A DNA stretch of 64,000 bases from contig REDG01000055.1 of the NCBI GenBank assembly GCA_007693605.1, positions 14,353 through 78,352 on the forward strand, written 5' to 3'. A program made the position numbers and the translations under genes. The notes under the pieces were generated by a model. That model searched no databases, was not told the DNA's origin, and saw only the letters and a list, made by a program, of their open reading frames with translations. Origin of the DNA: Bradymonadales bacterium (lineage in GTDB: Bacteria; Bdellovibrionota; UBA2394). Shown here piece by piece: positions 54,973 through 63,671 of this stretch; the first letter of the stretch is position 1, and every line of letters starts with the position of its first letter.

Positions 54973-55958
54973 TGAGAACTTTCCCGATTTTAATACTTTG
55001 GATCATTTCTCTTTCAGCCTGTTCGACGAAGCAATTTGAGCTCGGCCATAAACGACACGAAAGCATTGATCGAGGCCGGTTTGAGGTGAAAACAGATGGA
55101 GTTCCAAGGGTCTTGGTGGAGGCGAGCAATCTGTCTGACCTCTGCCAGCAGAACCGATTGCCGCCAGTTGTCTTAAGGGGAAAGAATCTCTCGCAAGAAA
55201 TTCCAGCAGAAGTCTACTGCGATCGAGATCAAAAAATGATGATTGCTCGATTCCGTGATCGCTTAAGTCCTGGCGAATATCAGATTCGAACCAATAGTCA
55301 GCTGTTCTCTCGACCTCTCTCAAGCGTCGTTGTTTTCAGTCCTCTGAGGCCGGAAGAGTTTTCAGGGGCCGATCGACTCATCGAGGGAGCTCGAAACCTA
55401 CAAGAGGGAGTGAACGAGGGGAGTATCAATAGCAGTGCGGCGGACCGAACCGACTGGTGGCGATTCGATGTATCAAGTTTTGCAAGATACTCCCTTGTGT
55501 TTTCAGAGACTGCCGAGCCAAAGGAGTTGTCGGCTGAGTTGTTTCGTGTGATCGGAGGCGAGCTCGAAAAAGTTCGCAACCTTCGATCGGATCGAAGCCT
55601 TCAAATACCAATGGAGGGGGAGTATCTCCTGAAGGTCTCTGGAGCTCTCTTTGGGCAGCACAGGAACTACCATATTGCCGTGAGAAAGCTGAGTCAGGCC
55701 GTGGCTCAACCAAGGTCAGCGAATCAGCATCTACCGATTCTTGACGCGTGGCCCATTGACTTTCAGTCGTCAGCCATACTTCTAGGGGCGGGCAGTCGAA
55801 TGGGCTTAAGTCCGAACCAAGACTTAAAGGTCTTTTCTAAATCAGGTGAGCTTATCGACATTTGCAAGATTAGGACTTTGGTTGAAGAAGAAGCCGAATG
55901 CCATATTCAGAAATACATCAGTGATGCGCAGACTGTAGTCGTTAGGAGTGCTTTATGA
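54972..55958 (+). CDS. lipoprotein with PPC-like beta-sandwich region
   Basis: Lipobox LILWIISLSAC-S; DRTDWWRFDVSSFARYSLVF..EGEYLLKVSG resembles a pre-peptidase C-terminal domain. Confidence 0.55.
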   Translation: MRTFPILILWIISLSACSTKQFELGHKRHESIDRGRFEVKTDGVPRVLVEASNLSDLCQQNRLPPVVLRGKNLSQEIPAEVYCDRDQKMMIARFRDRLSPGEYQIRTNSQLFSRPLSSVVVFSPLRPEEFSGADRLIEGARNLQEGVNEGSINSSAADRTDWWRFDVSSFARYSLVFSETAEPKELSAELFRVIGGELEKVRNLRSDRSLQIPMEGEYLLKVSGALFGQHRNYHIAVRKLSQAVAQPRSANQHLPILDAWPIDFQSSAILLGAGSRMGLSPNQDLKVFSKSGELIDICKIRTLVEEEAECHIQKYISDAQTVVVRSAL

Positions 55959-56704
55959 CAGATTTTGGATTAGTTCGGGCGACTGTGACTGACAATGAAG
56001 ACCCCGATCTTTTGGGTCGAGTTCGGGTGCGATACCAGTGGCTTGGAGGGCCGAGCGCCCAGCAACAAAGCGCATGGGCTCGTGTTGCTCGTCCGCAAAG
56101 TCATGCAGGGGCGGGCGATTGGTTTCTGCCTGAAGTGGGCGATGAGGTGTTGGTTGGATTTGAGTTCAATCGAGTCGAGGCTCCCATTGTTCTTGCCTCG
56201 CTCTTTACAGATCAATCGGCACCGCCCAAATCAGATTTGGAGGGTGATCACAATCAGAACGGAAAGAACAATCTTCGCTTTCTAAGAACCAAGGCGGGGC
56301 ACCTTTTGTGCTTCGACGATCTAGAAGGTCGAGAATCGATTCGCCTACAAGACTCGAAAAACAATCGTCTTCTAATAGAGAGCCACTCGGGCAAGGTGAC
56401 ATTGGAGGACAGTTCCGGAAATCGACTCTGCTTGGACAATGAAAAGATTAGTCTGGAGGATAAGAATGGGAACGGTTTCGAGTTGCAGGGGGCTGAGATA
56501 AGGATTCGCTCTAGTTCAAGTGTCAAGATTGAGACGGCCTCTCGTGTGGAGATTGGGAAGGGCGCCTCTGAGGCCTTAGTGAAGGGAGACAGCTTTATGC
56601 AGCTATTCAATGCGCACACTCACCCAACGCCTCGCGGTCCGTCGGGGCCACCGCAGGTTCCTATGACTCCCGCCCAACTTTCACAGAAGGTGAAAACCGC
56701 ATGA
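55955..56704 (+). CDS. gpV / gp5-type spike protein (OB fold plus beta-helix)
   Basis: GLVRATVTDNEDPDLLGRVRVRYQW..AWARVARP..GDWFLPEVGDEVLVGFEFNRVEAPIVLASLF, then repetitive beta-helix and HTHPTP near the C-terminus. Confidence 0.85.
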   Translation: MTDFGLVRATVTDNEDPDLLGRVRVRYQWLGGPSAQQQSAWARVARPQSHAGAGDWFLPEVGDEVLVGFEFNRVEAPIVLASLFTDQSAPPKSDLEGDHNQNGKNNLRFLRTKAGHLLCFDDLEGRESIRLQDSKNNRLLIESHSGKVTLEDSSGNRLCLDNEKISLEDKNGNGFELQGAEIRIRSSSSVKIETASRVEIGKGASEALVKGDSFMQLFNAHTHPTPRGPSGPPQVPMTPAQLSQKVKTA

Positions 56705-58509
56705 CTGATTGGATGAGATATGTTGAGACCGAGCTGGCCGGCTTAGATTCAGATTTTTCGAAGGAGCTGAAGCCGTCCCTCGGAGCCCTGAAGGACTTCG
56801 ATTTCGATGATGAAATGCTGACTCGATTTGAGCGAATCAGAGAAGTTTTCTCCCTTTCGAAGGGGGAGATGAGGCTCGTGATTCTGGCCTTTGTCGACCG
56901 AGCCTTGTCCCATCAAGTCTTGGGGCCGATCAGGTCTCTTGATGATCTTTGTTTGTACTCGACTGAGCATACGATTCAACTCGATTCAAGAGATTCATTG
57001 AAAAGGCTTTTCAGCGAAAATATCCAGTTGCGAGATTCTCTGTTTTACTTCTTAGCCAACAGAGATTGCTGCCCAGTCTCATTGAAAAAGACTCCTGCAA
57101 AGAGCGTGTTCGGGATGTCAAAATTCCCAGTGGATAAGATTCTAAGGCTGGCCGCTGGAGGCGCTAAAGTAGAGATACTCACAGAAGACCCATTGCTAAT
57201 GGGGGCTCGTTTGGGTGGAGAAAATGTTTTTGAACTTACAGAGCCGACAGGGGCCGTTGAAGAAGTAAAGCTTTTCAAAGACTTGTTTGGGGCCATTGTT
57301 TGGTGTTCTCGAATTGACAAGCCTGAGGCTCCCATTTTTTCAATGGTTGATATTTGTATCACTTCAGTCGACTCTCGCAGGCAGCCCTCGGCGCAAGAGT
57401 ACCGCTTTAAATTTACTGACACTGAGTTTGAAAAGATTGACGCGATAAACTTGTGGCAAGCTGAGACTGAGGCCGCCAAGCTTCGATGTTCCACGGAAGA
57501 TTTGAAACGAGTATCCACCGTTTTTTCTTACGGGCTGACACAAATCCGTCCGATCGTCCAAGAGATGAAGGCCGAGCAGAGAGAGGCCTGGAGTTTCGAA
57601 GAGATGGCTCGGCTCTGTCGAAAGAGAAACTCCATTGAGCTTGAGGCTTATGCGCGAAGAATCGAAAGTCGATACGACTGGGAAGACCTGGTCCTTCCAC
57701 CTCCTTGCTTGTTGCAGCTCAAGGAAGCTGAGCGATTTATTCTTACTCGCCGCTCACGAAAAGAGCTGTCTCGGAGACACTCTCGTGGACAGGGTGTCAG
57801 TCTGGTCTTTGAAGGCCCCAGTGGAACTGGAAAGACGATGGCAGCGGAAGTTCTCGCAAAGTCTTTGGGCTTAGATCTCTATCAAGTCAATCTCTCTAAG
57901 CTGACGAGCCAGTTTATTGGAGAAACGGAAAAGAATCTGAGTGCCGTCTTTCGGGCGGCGCAGGATGCCGCAGGCATTCTCTTCTTCGACGAAGGAGAGT
58001 CTCTGTTTTCGAAGAGAAGCCAGGGCGCGACGGTTCAAGACAAATATAGCAATCTAGAGGTGAATCATCTCTTGCAAGAACTTGAGAGCTTCGAAGGCAT
58101 TGTCGTAATTTCGACGAATCTAGGCGAGAACATCGATTCAGCCTTTCTGAGAAGAATCAATTTCGAACTGCGCTTTCCCCGACCCAATGGAGGGGCTCGG
58201 CAGAAGATTTGGGAGCTTCATTTAAAGAAAGACTGTGGCGATTTGAGTGATATTGACTATCACGCGCTTTCAGAGCTTCCGTTGACGGGCGGGTTTATAC
58301 GAAATGTGGTCGATCGGGCGTCGGCCGCCGCACTTTATGAATCTCGACCGGTCTCCATGAAAGATCTGATGCATGCGATCAAGAGAGAGTATCAGAAAGT
58401 GAAGTGGCCCATTCAGCGGGAGCAGTTTGATAGTAAATATTGGAAGCTCGTATCTCCGGACTGGGATGAAAATCAAGCACGACGACGCTTAAAGGACTGG
58501 GCCGCATGA
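56701..58509 (+). CDS. AAA+ ATPase, Afp15-like
   Basis: Long N-terminal domain, then Walker A GPSGTGKTMAAE, Walker B ILFFDEGESLF, LLQELE..VVISTNL..AFLRRI. Confidence 0.9.
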   Translation: MTDWMRYVETELAGLDSDFSKELKPSLGALKDFDFDDEMLTRFERIREVFSLSKGEMRLVILAFVDRALSHQVLGPIRSLDDLCLYSTEHTIQLDSRDSLKRLFSENIQLRDSLFYFLANRDCCPVSLKKTPAKSVFGMSKFPVDKILRLAAGGAKVEILTEDPLLMGARLGGENVFELTEPTGAVEEVKLFKDLFGAIVWCSRIDKPEAPIFSMVDICITSVDSRRQPSAQEYRFKFTDTEFEKIDAINLWQAETEAAKLRCSTEDLKRVSTVFSYGLTQIRPIVQEMKAEQREAWSFEEMARLCRKRNSIELEAYARRIESRYDWEDLVLPPPCLLQLKEAERFILTRRSRKELSRRHSRGQGVSLVFEGPSGTGKTMAAEVLAKSLGLDLYQVNLSKLTSQFIGETEKNLSAVFRAAQDAAGILFFDEGESLFSKRSQGATVQDKYSNLEVNHLLQELESFEGIVVISTNLGENIDSAFLRRINFELRFPRPNGGARQKIWELHLKKDCGDLSDIDYHALSELPLTGGFIRNVVDRASAAALYESRPVSMKDLMHAIKREYQKVKWPIQREQFDSKYWKLVSPDWDENQARRRLKDWAA

Positions 58510-59717
58510 GGTTGAAGTCGAACAGAAGTCAGTCCAAGCGATTTGAGGCTTTTGAGCTGATTCATCAGCAAAGACAGCAAGCTCGTGAAGATGAGGTCTT
58601 TCAATTGAATTTGAATCGAGCTTTTGAGCAGGGGAAGAAAGACTTCAAAAAAGTGGAGAGCTTGATCTCCGCTTGGGAGACCCTAAGCGAAGATCATCGG
58701 TTGGATTTGAGTCTGACTGAAGAGCTTTTGTTGTTGGCCTATTGGAGGGCGAAAGCAAAGGGGACTTCTAAGACTTTGAGTCTAGGGGATCTCTATGGAG
58801 TTCACATCTGGGTTCTTGTCTCTTTGGCTTCTCAAGACAGACACTCCTTGTCGAAGAGGGGGGAGCTGCAGACAAAATCCGAGCTTTCTCGCCGAGCTTT
58901 TATGGGTTCTGAGAAGCTCGTCGAACGCCTTCAACCCGAGAGAGAGAGCTTTCTGGAACCTTCGTTTGCAGGGATTTGGGATGATTTGAGTTTAGCTCGC
59001 GTTCACTTTGCTGACTGTTTTGATGAGATGCAGGTTGCGTTTAGGTCCAAGAATATCGATGAAAGCTTTTTGTTTTGGCGACGGGTAGAGATGAGTCTTT
59101 GGTTGACCTCTGCTGTGTTTTTGGTGGGTCGAGCGGCTCTCTACACCAGCTTGGGCCCCATTGGCTGGAGCCTCTTGGCGGCGGATTTGATAGCGAGCAC
59201 AGCCTTTTTGCTGAAGGCCTCTCATGAATTAGAGGCGCATCAAACCACCGGCTCAGTCGCAAGAGTGCAAAACTTTAGAGAGGTCTTTGGGTCGGGTGGG
59301 GGTGCCATGGAAGGCTTCTTGTGGGCTCATCTTTCGCTCGGGCTCGGGACGCTTCTGGTTGGCTCTCGATCTCTCAGGCGACTGCTCAGTTGGCAATCTC
59401 AAAAATCCGGCCTTCAAGGCCATAGCTTTAGACGGCTGGCAGCCTTTCAGAGGCTTCACTACCGGAAGGGTCTCGTGCGGCAGGCCGAATGGGAGTCTTT
59501 TGCGAGAGGCTTCCAGCGAGCGAACGATACATTTGATTTCATTCGCACTACAGGATTTCTATACCAAGATGTCTCTAGACTCATGAACGAAGGAGAACTC
59601 AGTGTTCGAGACCTTCTCAGAAGAGCGCGGAGATACAACATCTACAGAAAGACGGTCTATCAACAGATCAAAAGTCTTTCGAGACTAGCTGCAGGAGGTG
59701 CATATGTTGCCCGGTAA
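58506..59717 (+). CDS. hypothetical helical protein with hydrophobic segments (tape-measure or membrane-protein candidate)
   Basis: 403 aa; helical N-half; hydrophobic stretches MSLWLTSAVFLVGRAALYTSLGPIGWSLLAADLIASTAFLL and FLWAHLSLGLGTLLVG; ATGA overlap with the ATPase gene. Confidence 0.4.
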   Translation: MRLKSNRSQSKRFEAFELIHQQRQQAREDEVFQLNLNRAFEQGKKDFKKVESLISAWETLSEDHRLDLSLTEELLLLAYWRAKAKGTSKTLSLGDLYGVHIWVLVSLASQDRHSLSKRGELQTKSELSRRAFMGSEKLVERLQPERESFLEPSFAGIWDDLSLARVHFADCFDEMQVAFRSKNIDESFLFWRRVEMSLWLTSAVFLVGRAALYTSLGPIGWSLLAADLIASTAFLLKASHELEAHQTTGSVARVQNFREVFGSGGGAMEGFLWAHLSLGLGTLLVGSRSLRRLLSWQSQKSGLQGHSFRRLAAFQRLHYRKGLVRQAEWESFARGFQRANDTFDFIRTTGFLYQDVSRLMNEGELSVRDLLRRARRYNIYRKTVYQQIKSLSRLAAGGAYVAR

Positions 59718-60171
59718 TCAAAATCATCGAGTGAGTTTTCGCTTTGAAGGATCTGAAGAGGCCTTGTTTGAAGGGGTTGTCATTAGTGGGATTGGAACAC
59801 AGATCGCGCCTGTTTCTGTTGGCCAGGGGGCCCACCGCCATCAAGTCGCCATGGAAGATCCCGGTTCACAAAGCTTTTCTATTGAGTACGACTTGGATGC
59901 CGAACGAGGGAAACAGACAGAATTGTTGATGTCTTGGTACCGAATGCTGCGATCAGCTCATGCACTCGGATTGTATCAATCTTCGCAAAACAAAGAATAC
60001 TATCAAATGCGCAGGACGGCGAGCATTGAGATTTCTTTGAGCACCAATAAGTTGAGATACGAACTGAGTGGAGTGTTTCCGATCTCTTGGAAAGTGAAGT
60101 CTCTTTCGGAGGGCAAGCGGGCTCGTATGCTTTGGGAGTTTAGTTTTGAAGAAGGAGACAAGATTTTATGA
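59704..60171 (+). CDS. second tail-tube-family protein (Afp5-like)
   Basis: VSFRFEGSEEALFEGVVISGIG and RYELSGVFPISWKVKSLSEG..WEFSFEEG parallel the tube at 43069; ATG 59704 after AGGAGG. Confidence 0.55.
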   Translation: MLPGNQNHRVSFRFEGSEEALFEGVVISGIGTQIAPVSVGQGAHRHQVAMEDPGSQSFSIEYDLDAERGKQTELLMSWYRMLRSAHALGLYQSSQNKEYYQMRRTASIEISLSTNKLRYELSGVFPISWKVKSLSEGKRARMLWEFSFEEGDKIL

Positions 60172-61631
60172 ATCAGTTTGCGGCCGCAGCGACCCAGTCC
60201 TCACGGCAGACGGAGAGAGATCTTAGTAAGGGAGTCATTCTCGCCTGGGCGGATTACAGCCTTCGCTTTGATGAGTGCTCGGATATAGGAGAGGCCCTCA
60301 CGACTTATCCTCTCTTGTCCAAGACCAAGCCGCGTTTAGGCACGCCAGACCCTGAAGCCCTGCGGCAACCTGACAAGGACGGATATCTGAGACCTAGTGC
60401 GATGAAAGACTATGTCGCCCCATTGGCCACAAAGTGGATCCAATGCTTAGCGCCGGGCCGACAGTCCCCTTCCATCCGCTTGAGGGTAGATGCAGGAAGT
60501 TTGACGAATCAGAAGGCCTTTGAGGATTTGTATAAGCTGCAAGAGGCCGCTCTTTCACTTGGAGTTCGACTGGGCCAGACACAGGGATCATCAACGCGCA
60601 AGATCTCACATCTTCAGTTCTGCAGTCGAGAAGCCTTGAGTTTAGATTTTCAGCTCATCAACGCCTTTCCTTCGGCGATTGAGTTTATCAATGTCGATGA
60701 AGAGGCTCGGCAACAACTTGTAGTTGAGCTGAGCTTCGATGAGGTTGTCATCGACTCTATTGAAGCAGAGGGGGCTTCAGACTCTGGGGTTTCATCATCA
60801 TTCGTTTTTTCAGCGGACGATGAACGGCTGTCCTTGTTCAAACAAGAATCTGATTTGAGAGGATATTTTTCGGTGGGCGTTAAGGCGGTGGAAGATGTGA
60901 AGATTCGGAGCAGAAACGAGGAGCTTCTCTTAGATTTATACGACCTTGATTTTCGCTATGGATGTAGTGATCTAGAGATCCGCAGCTTTGTCAGTGTTGA
61001 GACGGATCGAACGGCTAAGAGGCTTCAAGGGATAGAAAACTTGAGTGAATCTCTCTCTCAGGGCGATCGTCGAAGACATCAGGCCCATTCCTTTCCAGGA
61101 GAAGTTGGGCTTCGACATCGTTCGTGGGGGAACTTCGTGGAGATTCTCTCATTTAAGGCCATTTTGTTTGGGGAACTTTTGGGCATTGATTCCGAAAATT
61201 CCGAGGGCTTGCAGAATCGAATTGAAAGCCTATTTCTGCCCATGATCTATGCTCGGAATGCGTTTGCAAACCTCGGTGTAAGCTCTAGGGCGTTGCCAGA
61301 GGTTCCAACAGATGAGATTTTAAAGACTCATCTGTTGAAGGAGAAAGAGTCAAAGGCCTTGGTGCTGCCTCTACACTCGGAGCTGAAGTACCCTCAGCAG
61401 TTTTTTGCAGCGTCCAGGGGTGGTGTTAAGTCCGTTCTCTGGGATCGTGGTCGGCATTTTCATACACCGGTTCGAGTGCTTTTGCCTGAGGGACGATCGT
61501 TCTGTGGGACCATTCATGACTGGAGTGTCCGCTACTTTGACTTTGATCAGAATGGAGAGGCTCAGAGAGCAGAGATCCATTTGAATATCTTGGGAATTCA
61601 CGAATTGAATGCAAGAGAGGAGAGCCTCTGA
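60168..61631 (+). CDS. hypothetical protein with N-terminal tube-like domain (tube initiator/adaptor candidate)
   Basis: LDFQLINAFPSAIEFINVDEEARQQLVVELSFDEVVI resembles the tube C-terminal strand pattern; 487 aa; ATGA overlap. Confidence 0.35.
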   Translation: MNQFAAAATQSSRQTERDLSKGVILAWADYSLRFDECSDIGEALTTYPLLSKTKPRLGTPDPEALRQPDKDGYLRPSAMKDYVAPLATKWIQCLAPGRQSPSIRLRVDAGSLTNQKAFEDLYKLQEAALSLGVRLGQTQGSSTRKISHLQFCSREALSLDFQLINAFPSAIEFINVDEEARQQLVVELSFDEVVIDSIEAEGASDSGVSSSFVFSADDERLSLFKQESDLRGYFSVGVKAVEDVKIRSRNEELLLDLYDLDFRYGCSDLEIRSFVSVETDRTAKRLQGIENLSESLSQGDRRRHQAHSFPGEVGLRHRSWGNFVEILSFKAILFGELLGIDSENSEGLQNRIESLFLPMIYARNAFANLGVSSRALPEVPTDEILKTHLLKEKESKALVLPLHSELKYPQQFFAASRGGVKSVLWDRGRHFHTPVRVLLPEGRSFCGTIHDWSVRYFDFDQNGEAQRAEIHLNILGIHELNAREESL

Positions 61632-62206
61632 TGTTGAGCATCAAGACCTTACAAAAATCAAAGACACAAAAGACATACGAGCTTGATGTGAAGTTAAGCT
61701 CAATTGGATGCCATATCGAAGAGGAGCTTTTGTTTAAGGACGGGATGGCTCGCGAGCGAGTCTATTCTAGGGGCGATGAGGACGGAGTTCCTATAAGCCA
61801 TGAAGCACGGGATATATCCTATTGGGGAGGGGCTGCCGTCGTCCCAAATCACACGAATCTGCCAGAAGCCTCGCATCTCAGCTTGCAATACGAGCGGCGA
61901 GGTCGAGTTTCAATGCCCAAATATCAAATTGAATTTGAAATCGGTCCAGATCGCTATTCTGAAGTGGCGGGGGTGATCCAAGAGATTAGGCACTCTCCAT
62001 TGGGCCGATCGGAGACTCGGGGAGCCATGAAAGAGCTTGTTTCCGTCTCAGTGGGAGAGGGGGACAAGCTCCATCTCATTTCGATGGGGATTCTTACAAG
62101 CCTTCATTTAAAACTCATTCGGGGGCAGCGCCGAAGTCTTGGTGGTCAAGGGCTTTTAATGATACAAGATCAGAGATTGAACTCTCAGTTTTTGAGTGCC
62201 ATATAA
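61631..62206 (+). CDS. hypothetical protein (CIS operon member)
   Basis: 191 aa; start overlaps the upstream stop (TGATG); no family recognised. Confidence 0.3.
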   Translation: MLSIKTLQKSKTQKTYELDVKLSSIGCHIEEELLFKDGMARERVYSRGDEDGVPISHEARDISYWGGAAVVPNHTNLPEASHLSLQYERRGRVSMPKYQIEFEIGPDRYSEVAGVIQEIRHSPLGRSETRGAMKELVSVSVGEGDKLHLISMGILTSLHLKLIRGQRRSLGGQGLLMIQDQRLNSQFLSAI

Positions 62207-63616
62207 ATGTTAGGAGTAAGCTGCGCGATGACCTATTTTGTTTTTCTCGTTAGTCTGATGAGTACTTTTAGTTTGGCAGCGGCCACGCCCTCGCCGGTAG
62301 CCAACGGATTGTATCAGGTCGCGACAGGGGTGTGTCATGACGGTGAAGGAAATCTGACGGCCAAGCCAGACTATGCTCGCAAAAAGGTGATTGAAAGCTT
62401 CGTTGTGGATGAGGAATTCGTAAGCGTTCAGATGGGTAGGGAGCGGCACTGGTGTCGAGTAACGGAAAAGTATCGAAGGCTCAAGACTTCAGAGTATGCC
62501 CCGATGCGTGGAGGCTCCCCAGACTATTTGGCTGACTGGGGCCAGTTGATGTTGTTGAGGCTTGAATCGGTGGGCTTCGAGAATTGCACAGAAAAGCAAC
62601 AGGTAGAAATTCAAGAGCGTTATCGTCACTATCTCAATGAATCGACAGTTCTTCGCATTGCCTTTGGGCTCGGACTCTACGGAGATGATCGTTACTCTCA
62701 AGCTCTTCCGGCGCTTTGGTCGAGCCTTGTTCAAGAGGATTTCAAGAGGGATAGTATCCGAAGTTCAGACATTTACCTCTTTGAGTTTTTTGCGGATCAA
62801 AGCTCGTCAGAAGCTAGCTCCGAGCGATCGCGAGAGGCGAGGCAGTCGCTCGATGAGCGACTGCGATCAGGATCAGGAGATTGCCCTTTCATTGAGACAT
62901 TTGTGGTTGTGCATCCCGTCACGCCTTGGCCGGAGATGAAAGTGGCAGCGGGTAGTTACGAATCTCAAGGGCTCGGATGTTTTGGGCAGCCGCCGATTCG
63001 GGGCAGCGAACTTCAAGGGCATATTGCTGAGAGTTTAGTGCTGCAAGTCGATGCGAATCAGGGAATGGAGCTTGAAGTTCGGGCTGAGTCTTGTCGCCTC
63101 CGGATGAAGTTTGACGGAGGCAGCGCAAAGAGATCGCCTTCTCGCGAGGGCTTGGAGGCTCTGGTTTTCTCACAAACTGATTCCGATGGCTTAGAAGTAT
63201 CTTGTGACGGACTAGTGAAAGAAGAGGCAGACTCAAAGACCGCCTCGTTGATCAGAGGCTTTTCAGGTGTTCAGTTGCAATGGCTTCGACCGAGCAATCC
63301 CTATGCCTTCTGGCGATATGGGAGTTTCTTGGGAATGGACTGGGAAGAGCCAGCATCCTGGGGACTTCGCCTTGTGAGTGGAGGTAGAGATTTTCTGTTG
63401 GACGGAATTTCCGAAGATCGATGTGAGATTCCGGAACTGTTTAGAGTTAGCCCGAGCGACTCGAATCAAAAACTCATTCCTGAGTTGCCAGCCTTTCAAA
63501 CGAAAGTCGTTAGAGCCGACGCATCTGAAATCCATTGGGTTTCATCAGAGTCTGCGGCAAAGACAGGGGAGTCCCCTAGTTTTTGGCACAGGCTCCGGAG
63601 CTTTTTTGTCAGGTAG
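62207..63616 (+). CDS. secreted hypothetical protein, last gene of the CIS operon
   Basis: Signal peptide MTYFVFLVSLMSTFSLAAA; ATG immediately after the upstream TAA; Cys-containing, no family recognised. Confidence 0.4.
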   Translation: MLGVSCAMTYFVFLVSLMSTFSLAAATPSPVANGLYQVATGVCHDGEGNLTAKPDYARKKVIESFVVDEEFVSVQMGRERHWCRVTEKYRRLKTSEYAPMRGGSPDYLADWGQLMLLRLESVGFENCTEKQQVEIQERYRHYLNESTVLRIAFGLGLYGDDRYSQALPALWSSLVQEDFKRDSIRSSDIYLFEFFADQSSSEASSERSREARQSLDERLRSGSGDCPFIETFVVVHPVTPWPEMKVAAGSYESQGLGCFGQPPIRGSELQGHIAESLVLQVDANQGMELEVRAESCRLRMKFDGGSAKRSPSREGLEALVFSQTDSDGLEVSCDGLVKEEADSKTASLIRGFSGVQLQWLRPSNPYAFWRYGSFLGMDWEEPASWGLRLVSGGRDFLLDGISEDRCEIPELFRVSPSDSNQKLIPELPAFQTKVVRADASEIHWVSSESAAKTGESPSFWHRLRSFFVR

Positions 63617-63671
63617 CTTTGGCAGCTTGCTTCAGAGGCTCCATAGTTTTGAGCTACATCCTTCGAATGAC

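Noticed and set aside
39927-63616. Interpretation of the tail-gene cluster as a (defective) prophage
   Set aside because: There are no capsid, portal, terminase, head-tail connector, lysis, repressor or integrase genes and no att-like flanking repeats within the window. Two AAA+ ATPases and a DUF4255-like gene are hallmarks of CIS loci rather than phage tails.
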